The notes beneath the pieces were generated by a model. The model searched no databases and was not told where the DNA came from. It worked only from the letters and a program-made list of their open reading frames with translations. The position numbers and the translations under genes are program-made. From the human T2T-CHM13v2.0 reference genome, Homo sapiens, in NCBI RefSeq assembly GCF_009914755.1, contig NC_060928.1: a stretch of DNA of 64,000 nt. One strand, 5' to 3'. Positions 47,302 through 60,734 of this stretch are shown one piece after another (within the stretch, counting starts at the first letter, position 1; the number at the start of each line of letters is the position of its first letter).

Positions 47302-47396
47302 TAGGATCATTACTTTTGACTTACTAGGAATCAAAAACAATTATAGTTTGCTTATTTGCAATATTATATTACAATGAAAATAGAACGACTACAGCT

Positions 47397-47702
47397 GGCC
47401 AGGCGCGGTGGCTCACGTCTCACGTCTGTAATCCCAGCACTTTGGGAGGCCGAGGCGGGCGGATCACGAGGTCAGGAGATGAGACCATCCTGGCTAACAT
47501 GGTGAAACCCCGTCTCTACTAAAAATACAAAAAAATTAGCCGGCTGTGGTGGCGGTCGCCTGTGGTCCCACCTACTCAGGAGCTGAGGCAGGAGAATGGC
47601 GTGAACCCAGGAGGCCGAGCTTGCAGTGAGCTGAGATCGCACTACTGCACTCCAGCCTGGGTGACAAAGCCAGACTCCGTTTCCAAAAAAAAAAAAAAAA
47701 AA
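47397..47702 (+). mobile_element. AluY
   Basis: ggatcacgaggtcaggaga...gaatggcgtgaaccc...cttgcagtgag, polyA. Degenerate TSD aa(c/t)gactaca(g/a)ct. Small ctcacgt duplication. Confidence 0.95.
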
Positions 47703-47757
47703 AATGACTACAACTGTAGGAAGTAATAATAGTAGAGAAATTTAGAGACAAACAGAA

Positions 47758-48433
47758 TTTTTTTTTTAATACTTTAAGTTATGGGATACATCTGCAGAAT
47801 GTGCAGGTTTGTTACATAGGTATACATGTGCCATGGTGGTTTGCTGCACCCATCAACCTGTCATCTACATTAGGTATTTCTCTTATGTGATCCCTCCCCT
47901 AGCCCCCCACCCCACGACAGTCCCCGTTGTGTGATGTTCTCCTCCCTGTGTCCATGTGTTCTCATTGTTCAACTCCCACTTATGAGTGAGAACATGTGGT
48001 GTTTGGTTTTCTGTTCCTATGTTAGTTTGCTGAGAATGATGATTTCCAGCTACATCCATGTCCCTGCAAAGGACATGAACTCATCCTTTTTTATAGCTGC
48101 ATAGTATTATATCGTGTATATGTACCACATTTTCTTTATCCAGTCGATCACTGATGGACATTTGGGTTGGTTCCAAGTCTTTGCTATTGTGAATAGTGCT
48201 GCAATAAACATATGTGTGCATGTGTCTTTATAGTAGAATGATTTATAATTCTTTGGGTATATACCCAGTAATGAGATTGCTGGGTCAAATGGTATTTATG
48301 ATTCTAGATCCTTGAGGAATCTCCACACTGTCTTCCACAATGGTTGAACTAATCCACACTCCCCCCAACAGTGTAAAAGCATTCCTATTTCTATACATAC
48401 TTTCCAGGATCTGTTGTTTCCTGACTTTTTAAT
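47758..48433 (-). mobile_element. L1PA7/8-like 3' end (non-inverted part of a 5'-inverted L1)
   Basis: PolyT followed by antisense 3' UTR, ending ...tgtttcctgactttttaat. Confidence 0.93.
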
Positions 48434-50892
48434 TTATAGCACTAAATGCCCACAGAAGACAGCAGGAGAGATATAAAATCGACACCCCAACATTACAATT
48501 AAAAGAACTAGAGAAGCAAGATCAAACAAATTCAAAAGTTAACAGAAGACAAGAAATAACCAAGATCAGAGCAGAACTAAAGGAGATGGAGACACAAAAA
48601 GCCCTTCCAAAAATCAGTGAATCCAGGAGCTGTTTTTTTGGAAAGATTAACAAAATAGATAGACTGCTAGCCAGACTAATAAAGAAGAAAAGAGAGAGGA
48701 ATCAAATAGGTACAATAAAAAACGATAACGGGGAGATCACCACTAATCCCAGAGAAATACAAACTACCATCAGAGAATACTATAAACACCTCTATGCAAA
48801 TAAACTAGAAACTCTAGAAGAAATGGATAAATTCCTGGACACATACACCGTTCCAAGACTAAGCCAGGAAGAAACTGAATCCCTGAATAGACCAATAACA
48901 AGTTCTGAAATTGAGGCAGTAATTAATAGCCTACCACCCAATAAAGCCAAGGACCAGACAGATTCACAGCTGAATTCTACCAGAAGTACAAAGAGGAGTT
49001 GGTTCCATTCCTTCTAAAACTATTCCAAACAATATAAAAAGAGGGAATCCTCCCTAACTCATTTAAGAGGCCAGCATCATCCTGATACCAAAACCTGACA
49101 GAGACACAACAAGAAAAGAAAATTTCAGGCCAATATCCCTGATGAACATCAATGTGAAAATCCTCAACAAAACACTGGCAACCCGAATACAGCAGCACAT
49201 CAAAAAGCTTATCCACCACGATCAAGGCGGCTTCATCCCTGGGATGCAAGGCTGGTCCAACATATGCAAATTAATGAATGTAATCCATCACATGAACAGA
49301 ATCAATGACAAAAAAACACTTAATTATCTCAATAAATGCAGAAAAGGCCTTCAATAAAATTCAACACCCCTTCACGCTGAAAACTCTCAATAAACTAGGT
49401 ATTGATGGAACATATCTCAAAATAATAAGAGCTATTTATGACAAACACACAGCCAGTATCAAACTGAACAGGCAAAAGCTGGAAGCATTCCCTTTGAAAA
49501 CCAGCACAAAACAAGGATGACCTCTGTCACCACTCCTATTCAACATAGTATTTGAAGTTTTGTCAGGGCAATCAGGCAAGAGAAAGAAAGAAAGCATATT
49601 CAAATAGGAAGAGAGGAAGTCAAATTGTCTCTATTTGCAGATGACATGATTGTATACTTAGAAAATCCCATCGTCTCAGCCCAAAATCTCCTTACACTGA
49701 TAAGCAACTTCAGCAAAGTCTCAGGATACAAAGTCAATGTGCAAAAGTCACAAGCATTCTTATACACCAATAACAGACAAACAGAAAGCCAAATCATGAG
49801 TGAACTCCCATTCACAATTGCTACAAAGAGAATAAAATACCTAGGAATGCAACTTACAAGAGTAGTGAAGGACCTCTTCAAGGAGAACTACAAACCACTG
49901 CTCAAGGAAATAAGAAAGGACACAAACAAACGGAAAAACATTCCGTGCTCATGGATGGGAAGAATCAGTACCATGAAAATGGCCATACTGCCCAAAGTAA
50001 TTTATAGATTCAATGCTATCCCCATCAAGCTATTACTGACTTTCTTCACAGAATTAGAAAAAATTACTTTAAATTTAATGTGGAACCAAAAAAAAGAGCC
50101 CATATAGCCAAGACAATCCTAAGCAAAAAGAACAAAGCTGGAGGCATCACACTACCCGACTTCAAACTATACTAAGGCTGCAGTAACCAAAACAGCATGG
50201 TACTGGTACCAAAACAGATATATAGACTAATGAAACAGAACAGAGGCCTCAGAAATAACGCCACACATCTGCAACCAAGTGATCTTTGACAAACCTGATA
50301 AAAACAAGTAATGGGGAAACAAGTAATAAATGGTGTTGGGAAAACTGGCTAGTCACATATGGAAAACTGAAACTGGAACTCTTCCTTATACTTTATACAA
50401 AAATTAACTCAAGATGGATTGAAGACTTAAACATAAGACCTAAAACCATAAAAACCCTCAAAGAAAACCTAGGCAATACCTTTCAGGACATAGACATGGG
50501 CAAAGACTTCATGATGAAAAAGCCAAAAACAATTGCAACAGAAGCCAAAATTGACAAATGGGATCTAATTAAACTAAACAGCTTCTGCACAGTGAAAGAA
50601 ACCATCATTAGAGTGAACAGGCAACCTATAGAATGGCAGAAAATTTTTGCAATCTGTCCATCTGGCAAAGGGCTAATATCCAGAATCTACAGGGAACTTA
50701 AACAAATTTACAAGAAAAAAACAACCCCATCAAAAAGTGGGCAAAGGTATGTTGGCTGCATAAATGTCTTCTTTTGAACAAACGTGTGAGAAAAAGCTCA
50801 TCATCACTAGTCATTAGAGAAATGCAAATCAAAACCACAATGGGATACCATCTCAAGCCAGTTAGAATGAATGGCGATCATTAAAAAGTCAG
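48431..50892 (+). mobile_element. L1PA7/8-like ORF2 (inverted part of the same insertion)
   Basis: ORF2 fragments ([13 protein letters not shown]), ending gatcattaaaaagtcag next to TSD cagaattttt. Confidence 0.93.
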
Positions 50893-51178
50893 AATTTTTA
50901 AAAATAAGTAAGACCACATACATGAAGGGAGAATCACAGAAAAAATGTACTGCGAAGCTGAGACTTTGCAACAAAGGCTAAATGAGTTCCCAATATTCCT
51001 AATTTGCATATTTATCTGTATTAAAAAATACTGTAGGTACTTGGAATTATAGAAAGACCTCAAAATATATTTGTATATTAATTAAGACAAATGTCTGGCT
51101 AACCATTTAAGATAAGTATTGTATACATTGCTAACACTATTCCCCAAATCTCTTAAATTTGAGTAAGAAAGTATCACT

Positions 51179-51239
51179 TCATAGCACCTGCACGTTGTCC
51201 ACATGTACCCTAAAACTTAAAGTATAATTAAAAAAAAAA
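51179..51239 (+). mobile_element. Ultra-short L1PA 3' end
   Basis: acctgcacgttgtccacatgtaccctaaaacttaaagtataat plus polyA. TSD aagaaagt(a/g)tcact at 51165-51178 and 51240-51253. Confidence 0.88.
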
Positions 51240-52330
51240 AAGAAAGTGTCACTGTATGTGTACTTGCAGAAATTATGCAAGCCATTCATTTTTATTTGTG
51301 CTGCCCTCAAATGGTATGTTAGTTGTTATGAGAAAAAAGCTCAGATGAGACACAACAATCCTGGATAAAGGATTATTTGCATGTGTGCGTGCGTGCGTGT
51401 GTATGTGTGTGTGTGTTTTAAGAAGTTTCCTCCTTGAAACCCAGAACTGATCAAGTTAAATGTGCATAAGAAATTCAGAGCCTTTGGAAAAGCAGAGAAC
51501 AAGGCTAAAATAATCCACAATATTTTAAATTTAAAATGAAGATTATCTTGGTTGAATCAAGGTGTCATTGATGAAGTCTACTGATACTAAAGAACGAAAG
51601 ACGGAAATGTATATTTGTGATGGTTAGCTGGATTAAAACAAGGGTTCTGAAACAAGTATTATCACAAACAAGTTTTATCAGAAGTGGGCCAGTACCTGAA
51701 TAGAGTATTGGAAGAGAATATGAATGAAGCTAAAATGCTCTTGAAACCAAACCACACTGGCATGCCATGTAGTAAGAAATAATGATTGAGCAAGAGTCAC
51801 CTAAGACAGTTCACTACTGGAACATTTAAATTGCAACCTGAAATGTAGCCTTATGAGATAACAGATTCTAAGACAGGAAGAGAAAAAAAATACCACTTAG
51901 ACAAATGTAATAAAAAGTACCTTACAAAAAAAAAAAGGGTATACCATAGTCTTCTCAAAATAATGAATCACGAAGAAGAATTGTACATGCATCTGTAAAG
52001 ACTTCAGAAGAATACAGTTTAAGTCAAGAATTATCTTGTCAGGAAAGTTGAATAAAATAAACAAATATTTTTAAATTAGTTAGAAGTCTTGGAATATAGA
52101 ATAATCTCTTATTAGAAATATAAATCCAGCCAAAAAGAAGACAAGGTAAAAGAATCATCATTGAGTACTGTGTCCATTTAGGTTTACTAATGAGCCAAGG
52201 TGTAAGTGAAGAACAGTGGAAAAAATAAGATTGCAGATAAATACGGTGATTGACTCAACTTTTTCTTAATGCAAAGGTAAAATAATCAAATAAAAATTAT
52301 TAAATCAAAAATGGTATTAAGAAAAGTATT

Positions 52331-52640
<310 letters not shown>

Positions 52641-52795
52641 TTAGATTGTTGAGCAATCTTTACTCACAATATTCAAAGAAATAAGTATATTCACTAAAAG
52701 AATGAAAAGGCAAAACAAAATAAACCTAGACCACAGATGAAAAAAGTAGAATAAAAGGAAAAATAACTTGTAGAAATAAAAAGCATGAGATTATA

Positions 52796-53094
<299 letters not shown>

Positions 53095-53755
53095 TATAAA
53101 TGTTTTTGAATGATACATGAAGATACATTCCAGGTAACAATGAAGGAAACAGAAAATACTCAACAAGGAAGGTTTAAGACAGTGATTGAGATAGTCATAG
53201 TATAATTGACACAGCTGGAAGAGTAATGATCATAAATCGCAATGAATTAAGGGAAATTAGAAAATGCAAGAACCACATGAAGGCTTCATTAATTATATTA
53301 TCTAGTTCCAGCTATAAAGAAAGATTTTCACAGAAACTAGAATTAGGACCCTATATGGGGTTACTGTATATTGTGACTGGTTAGAGACAATCACATTTAC
53401 CCTTGTTTTCCCAAAGACATTTAAATAGCTCCCCTTTCCTATTTATTTTGAGAAAAAAAAAAAACAGTTTGGATGATAAATTTGATTGTTACCCTACCCA
53501 TAAATGGCATTGGAAAATAGTTATCCTCCTCGAAAGAAGTAACAGGGGTTGCCAGTGGTTTACAGAGGCTCTTCAATTATTGTAAGTATAAAAATTACTT
53601 GCTTTTATTTATTAGAGAATGTACTAAGTAGTATAGAATAACAAACATTGAATGTATTTCAGTATTCAGTTTTCCAAAAGATATTCATTTTATTAAAGTT
53701 ATTTTCTTCTCTCTCCATCATTAAACAGTTACTGTTTTTGAGATGAATAACTAAT

Positions 53756-54029
53756 TTTTGTTGTTTTTGTAGTTTTTTGGCATAGAATCTCACTCTGTCA
53801 CCCAGGCTGGAGTACAGTGGTGTGATAAGAGCTCACTTCAGCCTCGACCTCCTGGGCTGAGGTGATCCTCGCACCTCAACCTCCCAAGTAGTTGGGACCA
53901 CAGGCACATACCACCACACCCTGCTAATTTTTGTATTTTTTACAAAATGCAGTTGCCCAGGCTGGTCTCAAACTCCTTGGTTCAAGCAATCCTCCCATCT
54001 CAGCTTCCCAAAGTGCTGGGATTATAGAC
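53756..54029 (-). mobile_element. AluJ, 5'-truncated
   Basis: Diverged antisense Alu. TSD aataactaat at 53746-53755 and 54030-54039. Confidence 0.9.
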
Positions 54030-54437
54030 AATAACTAATGCTGTTTAGTTAAATTCATCAAACACTGGGACACTATTACATATCACCCAGTCATTCTGGC
54101 TTTGAGGCTGAATGTAGTAACCTCAGACCTTCTAAGGTAAGTTTAGGTTCTGAGGAGAGTATACATATATTCTCTACAGGACTGGGCGTTTTTGAAATTG
54201 TACCAATAAGAAAAAGTACGTCTATGGAATGCAGTTGCTAAAACATGTGACTATGTTTAGCACCAGTATTTCCTTTGATGTGCACAATTTCATTACCAAT
54301 TCTTGTGGTGGAGGGAAAGGTGACTCAACCACTTTCTCCAGGGTCTATCCACCAGGAAAGTTACTGATCATGTTGAATACATGATCCAACAACCTTAAAT
54401 AACGTCATTATTTCTGGCTTGATGTTTCTTTGGCCAC

Positions 54438-55320
<883 letters not shown>

Positions 55321-55384
55321 GAGTAACCCCTTATTTTTCTCACAATGACAGCAGAAGGTTACTTACATTCTTTCTGTGGATAAA

Positions 55385-56460
55385 GATGATTTTTGGGTGT
55401 TCAAAATTTCATTAACCAGAATTATACAGTGTGTATTTTTCTTATGTTCTTCATTCTGTCTAATATTTTTGAGATTCATTTCTACGATCACACACATCAG
55501 TAGTTCACTGTTTTTATTGCTCAATAATATTTCCTTGTTTGGCTATCCCATATTTTTAAAATTTATTCACCTGTGATGAATATTCGAGTTGCTTCTGCTT
55601 TGGAGCTGTTACAAATAAAGAGGCTATGAACATTTATAAAAATGTTTTTCTGTAGACATATAATTTTGATTCTCGTATAAATACTAAGGAGTGAAATCAC
55701 TGAGACATATTATAAATATATATTTATCTTTAAAAGAAACTGTTTTTCAAAGTAGTTATATCTCTATGAGCAAACTGTGAGAATACAGTTGCTATACATC
55801 TTTTTCAACAGTTAGAGTTGGATTGCAATTTTAAATTAAGTTATTTTAGTGAGTGTGAAATGGTATCTCACTGGATTTTAAAATTTCAATTTCCTGAATA
55901 ATGATGATATAATTCCAGTGAATGTGCTTATTATCCACTTATATATTGTTTTTGTGAAGTGATTTCTGAAATCTCTTGCGCATACTATGTTGCTTCTTTA
56001 CTTAATACTGACTTGTGAGAGTTCTTTATATAATGTGAACAGACATGTTATGCCACATATATTGCAAATACTTTCTCCTTATTGTTAGATTGTTTTTAAA
56101 ATTGATTTCATACTGTCTTATAAAAAGCAAGAATTATAACATTGCTGAAGTCAATTTTATCATTTTATGATAAATGATACTTATGTCCTATTCCAGTAAT
56201 CTTTGCCCTCTACAAGCTTATAAAGATTTATGTGTTCTTGGAACAGTGAATAAAGTTATTTTGCATATTATTATTATCTAATTTGAGTAAATTATTATGT
56301 ACTGTGTAACTATAGTTTGAGATTTTTTTTACATCTATATACATTTATTTCAGCACACATTTTGATGGACTGTCTTTTTCCAATTGAATTATCTAGGGAA
56401 TTTTTTCAAAAATTAATTGAACATATTTGTGTAAGACTACGTTTGGATTCTGTTTTTAAT
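55385..56460 (-). mobile_element. Old L1M fragment (L1ME/L1MC-like)
   Basis: Degenerate antisense L1 3' ORF2/UTR (gtgtgaaatggtatctca...). Confidence 0.7.
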
Positions 56461-56861
56461 TATTATTTTTTAATTCTTAGAAAGGTAATGTGGCCAGTCA
56501 TTAAATCTTTGAAAACATGAGCAACAAAAAATTGGTGAAATATAGCAGAAATGGCATCTTGCCTTTACTTTTTATAATATTTTAGATTCAACAAGGTAGT
56601 ACTTGGATTTCACTAGCTATTGCTATCCTGGTAAGGGGTACCAGATTTGATAATACTATCAACAGGGAGTTGGTCTTCTTAATCAAAAACATATTTCAAA
56701 GTTTTTTAATCTTTGCATCATTTTTTTTATTTGTGGCTCAGAGCCTGATGTGAGTGCTCTTTCAGAATTCAACATTGTTACCAGTGGTGGCAGAGCAGGT
56801 TTTTATATTTGCCCAGGTCTTTCTTCATAGCACTTGCTTTGCTCTTCTTTTTCGTTTGCCT

Positions 56862-57258
56862 TCAGCTTTTATTTTAGGTTCAGGGATACTTGTACAGGTT
56901 TGTTATATGGGTAAATTGCCTGTTCACAGGGTTCTGGTGTACAGATAATTTTGTTACCCAGGTAATCAGCATAATTCCCAATAGATTGTTTTTCAATCAC
57001 ACTTCTTCCACCCTCGACCCTCAAAAAAGCCCCAGTGTCTATTGTTCCCTTCTTTGTGTTCATGTGTACTCAATGTTTTGCACCCACTTATGCATGAGAA
57101 CATGTGGTATTTGGTTTTCTGTTTGTTAATTTGCTTAGGATAATGGCCTCTGGCTCCATCCATCGTTGCTGCAAAGGATACCACCTCATGTTTTATAGCT
57201 GCATAGTATTCCATGGTGTACCACATTTTTTAAAATTCAGTCTACAGTGGATGGGCAT
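56862..57258 (-). mobile_element. L1PA15/16-like 3' end
   Basis: gctttt attttaggttcaggg...caggtttgttatatgggtaaattg...gttacccaggtaatcagcata. Confidence 0.85.
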
Positions 57259-57288
57259 CAAGAAGTTTCTACGTAAAGTGTCATAACA

Positions 57289-58030
57289 TTGTTAAGCGCT
57301 AAAATGTGTCTCCCACAAATCATATGTTGATGCTGTAACTGCTAATGAAACTGCATTTGGAAGTCAGGTCTTCAGAGAGGTAATTAAAGTTGAATGAGGT
57401 CAAAAGGTGATCTAACCTAATAGATTTCGTGTCCTTTTAAGAAGAAAAACATACACCAGATCTCTCCCTCCCTACCTCACCCCTCTCTTTCTTTCTCTCT
57501 ATGCACGCACAGATGAATGGTCATGTGAGGACACAGCCAGAAGACAGCCCTCTACAAATAAGGAAAATAAGCAATGATCATTCTTTGCTTGACTAAGCTT
57601 TACTTGGGCTCCTAAGTCTTCCCATAGACCTATCTGTGCAGTTTCTTGAAAAATCCACTTTTAGCAAGAATCCTGCTACGTCAGTTTACTCAAAATTCCC
57701 CTTAATCAGATGTTATTATATTCCGAAATAATTTTCCACTTGCTGACCTCCACCTTGATCCTTGGCAATAAATTATCATTTGATCATGTTACATTTGGAG
57801 TTCAGCTCAATCTGTCTCCCCCACTGCAAAAATCACTTTGCAGTAGTCTCTATCCCTATCACGATGGTCCTGAATAATGGCTCCCTTACCATGCTTTAGC
57901 ACGTATCACTGAATATTTTTTTCTTTAACAAAAGCCTCACCAGAATATAATCCTGAAAGCCCATTGATCTTGGATTTCTAGCCTCCTGAACTGTGAGAAA
58001 ATAAATTACTGTTTCAGCCAAATTATTGTT
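57289..58030 (+). mobile_element. MLT1A-C-like LTR, split by an ERV1 LTR
   Basis: aaatcatatgttga...gaggtaattaaagttgaatgaggtca...gcctcaccaga...ttctagcctcctgaactgtgagaaaataaatt. Confidence 0.8.
57568..57930 (+). mobile_element. MER31/MER67-like ERV1 solo LTR
   Basis: ttttagcaagaatcctgctacgtcagttta...ttttctttaaca resembles the recalled MER31/67 family. Confidence 0.7.
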
Positions 58031-59685
58031 TCATCCTCAGTACTGCCACATTGCCAACCTACACATTTACCCCTAAACATTTGATGCAGTCTGTATTCCT
58101 GGTACTTGGATGTTTTCTATTCTGTCTTACAAATTCAGCTATGAAATTAATTCCGTGTCTGTTTTTAGTATATCTGTTATTTATAGTGTTTATATTATGA
58201 AGGTTTTATGATGGCTATTTTTGTCATATTAGTAGACTTAACCTGGTGGTATTATTCATTTATTTATTTATTTTTCAACAGAATCTGTTGTCATCTTCAT
58301 CTCAATTTTTGTAGAGCTCAAAGGCAATGATGCTTCTTCCACAAAACTCCATTAACATATATGGGACTTTTAAAACTCTGATGATTTAGTTGCCATGAAA
58401 CTACATAGACTTACATCTACTTAGAGAACAATTATGAAACATTTTCCCAACACAGTTGATAAGTTCATTGTAAATAGCTCTTTCATCATGAAATGTGCTG
58501 AAGATCTAGATAAGTAATGGTGGAAGATAGTTTCTTCATATTTGAAAGAAACATTTCTGTTATTCAAACATTAAAAAATAATTTTAGCACTGCCACTTTC
58601 TATGTAAAGATGCTTTACTTAGTCATTTGTTGTTAATTAAAAAAAACTGAGTATTTTCAGCAATACAGAAAATTCTGATCTCAGAGAACAGAGCTAGTGA
58701 AAGAAAAAAAAGATTACATTAAACATAATGACAGTCTATTAAGATACAAAAAAGCAAAAAAATTATTAAAATGTTCAATATTAAATACCAAGCTTCAGAT
58801 TTTGTCAGAGGCATTTAGAAATTAGTTTTTATTTTTCTTGAGGTATATTGCTAATTATGGGATACTAAATGAAATGTATTTTAATGTAACTTTTAAAATA
58901 CTATCTTTCAATATGTTTTGATCAATCACAATTTTATGCAAAGTTATTTCATCAGGAAGATAACTATTGGGCACTCTATTTTCTTTCCTGCTGCCAACAC
59001 TTAGTCTTCTTTCTGTTTTAGCACAAAAAACTTTCTTTTTAGTTTTTTATTTATTGAAAAAATTATTTTAGAGGCAGAGTCTTGCTATATGTTTATGCTA
59101 GTGAACACATAACACGGCTCTTCTTTCAACGTCAGAAAATCTCATCACTGGGACACCTTAATTCGTAGTTCTCTACTTAAAAGTTTAGTTTCTAAGCAAG
59201 TACTACACAGATTTGTTATTAACTAGTTAAGTACTAGATAAGGCCTTATTTCTTTGTTCACAATAATGTTTTTTAAAGTTTGCAACAGAATTTTAAGAAT
59301 GTACATCTACATTTTTAAAATGAACAGTATTAGCTTAGTTTTACAGTATAGTCACATTAAAATTGTGAGAATGGGAGTACATAAAGTTAAAAACAAGCAA
59401 CTTTGTCATTTTTTCTTCTAGGAATGTGATAGAGCAGGTATCTTTTAAAAAGCGAAGCAAAACCCTACTGCCTCTCATGAAGACTTTGCAATAATCTGGT
59501 TATCAATATACTCTCTTATCTTTATTGATTTTAAACTCACTGCGTGTTGATTGTAAAGCATTTTAAAAAGGCAAAACCTTGAAAAATATATTAAATTTCA
59601 CCCAATATCAAATAGAGATAATCTCTCTTATGAAAATTGGATGCATTTTTATAAAGTCTTATATGAAGGTGCATGTGTACCAAAA

Positions 59686-59783
59686 CATATTCTATATGTA
59701 TGTATAGAATACATATTCTATATGTATGTATAGAATACATATTCTATATGTATGTATAGAATACATATTCTATATGTATGTAT
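59686..59783. repeat. 26-bp tandem repeat, ~3.8 identical copies, internally palindromic
   Basis: Unit catattctatatgtatgtatagaata at 59686, 59712, 59738 and 59764 (partial). Confidence 0.97.
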
Positions 59784-60139
59784 TGCATTTATATGTGTCT
59801 GTGTATATGCATATGTATATGTGTCTGTGTATATGCATATACATGTATGTACGTGTGTTAACACATGTGCACATTTTTCTCCAAGTCTAACTATTACTCA
59901 TCAAACAAATTTTATTTATACCATTTCATCTGTGTGTTGATGCATTTTGTATATCCACCAATAAGTTTTCATAACTCAAAAGGAAATAGAAATAATTTAA
60001 TAAATAAATTATATCAGCAACTGGTTAATAATTAATTCTAGAAACTCTTATTCTCTTTTAAAAAAAGAAAATGAATTTTTTTATTTAAAACATATATTAA
60101 TTATTATGGACGTTGCAATAAGGGATTTATAAATACTCA

Positions 60140-60320
60140 TTTATAAATGAATTTATCCCTCATAATATCACATTCATATAGATACTCATTTTATAGATTA
60201 TAAAACTGAGGCAGGGAGGAGTTAAATATTTTTTCCAAGATCACAAGCTAGTAAATGAAAGAATCTGGATTTGAACCTAGGCAGTCTAACTCTAGAGCCA
60301 ATGCTTTCAGTTGCTACAGT
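60140..60320 (-). mobile_element. MIR
   Basis: cattttatagattataaaactgaggcag...caagatcacaagctagtaaatg...ggatttgaacctaggcagtctaactctagagcc. Confidence 0.85.
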
Positions 60321-60369
60321 TGGTGGAAAGCTGAAGATTTATTGAACATCAACATTATGGATAATAAAA

Positions 60370-60734
60370 TGCAAAAAACTCACACAACTGTAGGGGCTGA
60401 GAATTCTGAAATTTTTAGGGCAGGGCAAAAGGTTGGAGATTCAGGCAGAGTTGAATGTGAAATTTACTCAATTCACAGACCAGTTCAACAGACTGAAAAC
60501 ATAATACGAATTTCTGTATTTCAGTCTTGAGGCAGAATATCTTCTGTTGTTATCAGAAAACCTAATCTTTAGTTAAAGGCCTTGAACTGATTGCTTCAGG
60601 TCCATCCACATTATGGAGGGTAATATGTGTTAATTAAAGGCTATTTATTGTGCTAATCACATCTAAAACATACCTGCACAACAGGTATGTGTTAAACAAC
60701 TGATCACCATAGCCTAGCCAAGTGACACCATTAC
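60370..60734 (-). mobile_element. MLT2D-like LTR
   Basis: cagtcttgaggcagaat...aaggccttgaactgattg...ccacattatggagggtaat...catagcctagccaag. Confidence 0.75.

Noticed and set aside
48586-50777. Second cluster of RT-like ORFs
   Set aside because: Disrupted L1PA7/8 ORF2 in the inverted arm.
59686-59783. Palindromic repeats as a CRISPR array
   Set aside because: Units are contiguous and identical with no spacers. It is a minisatellite.
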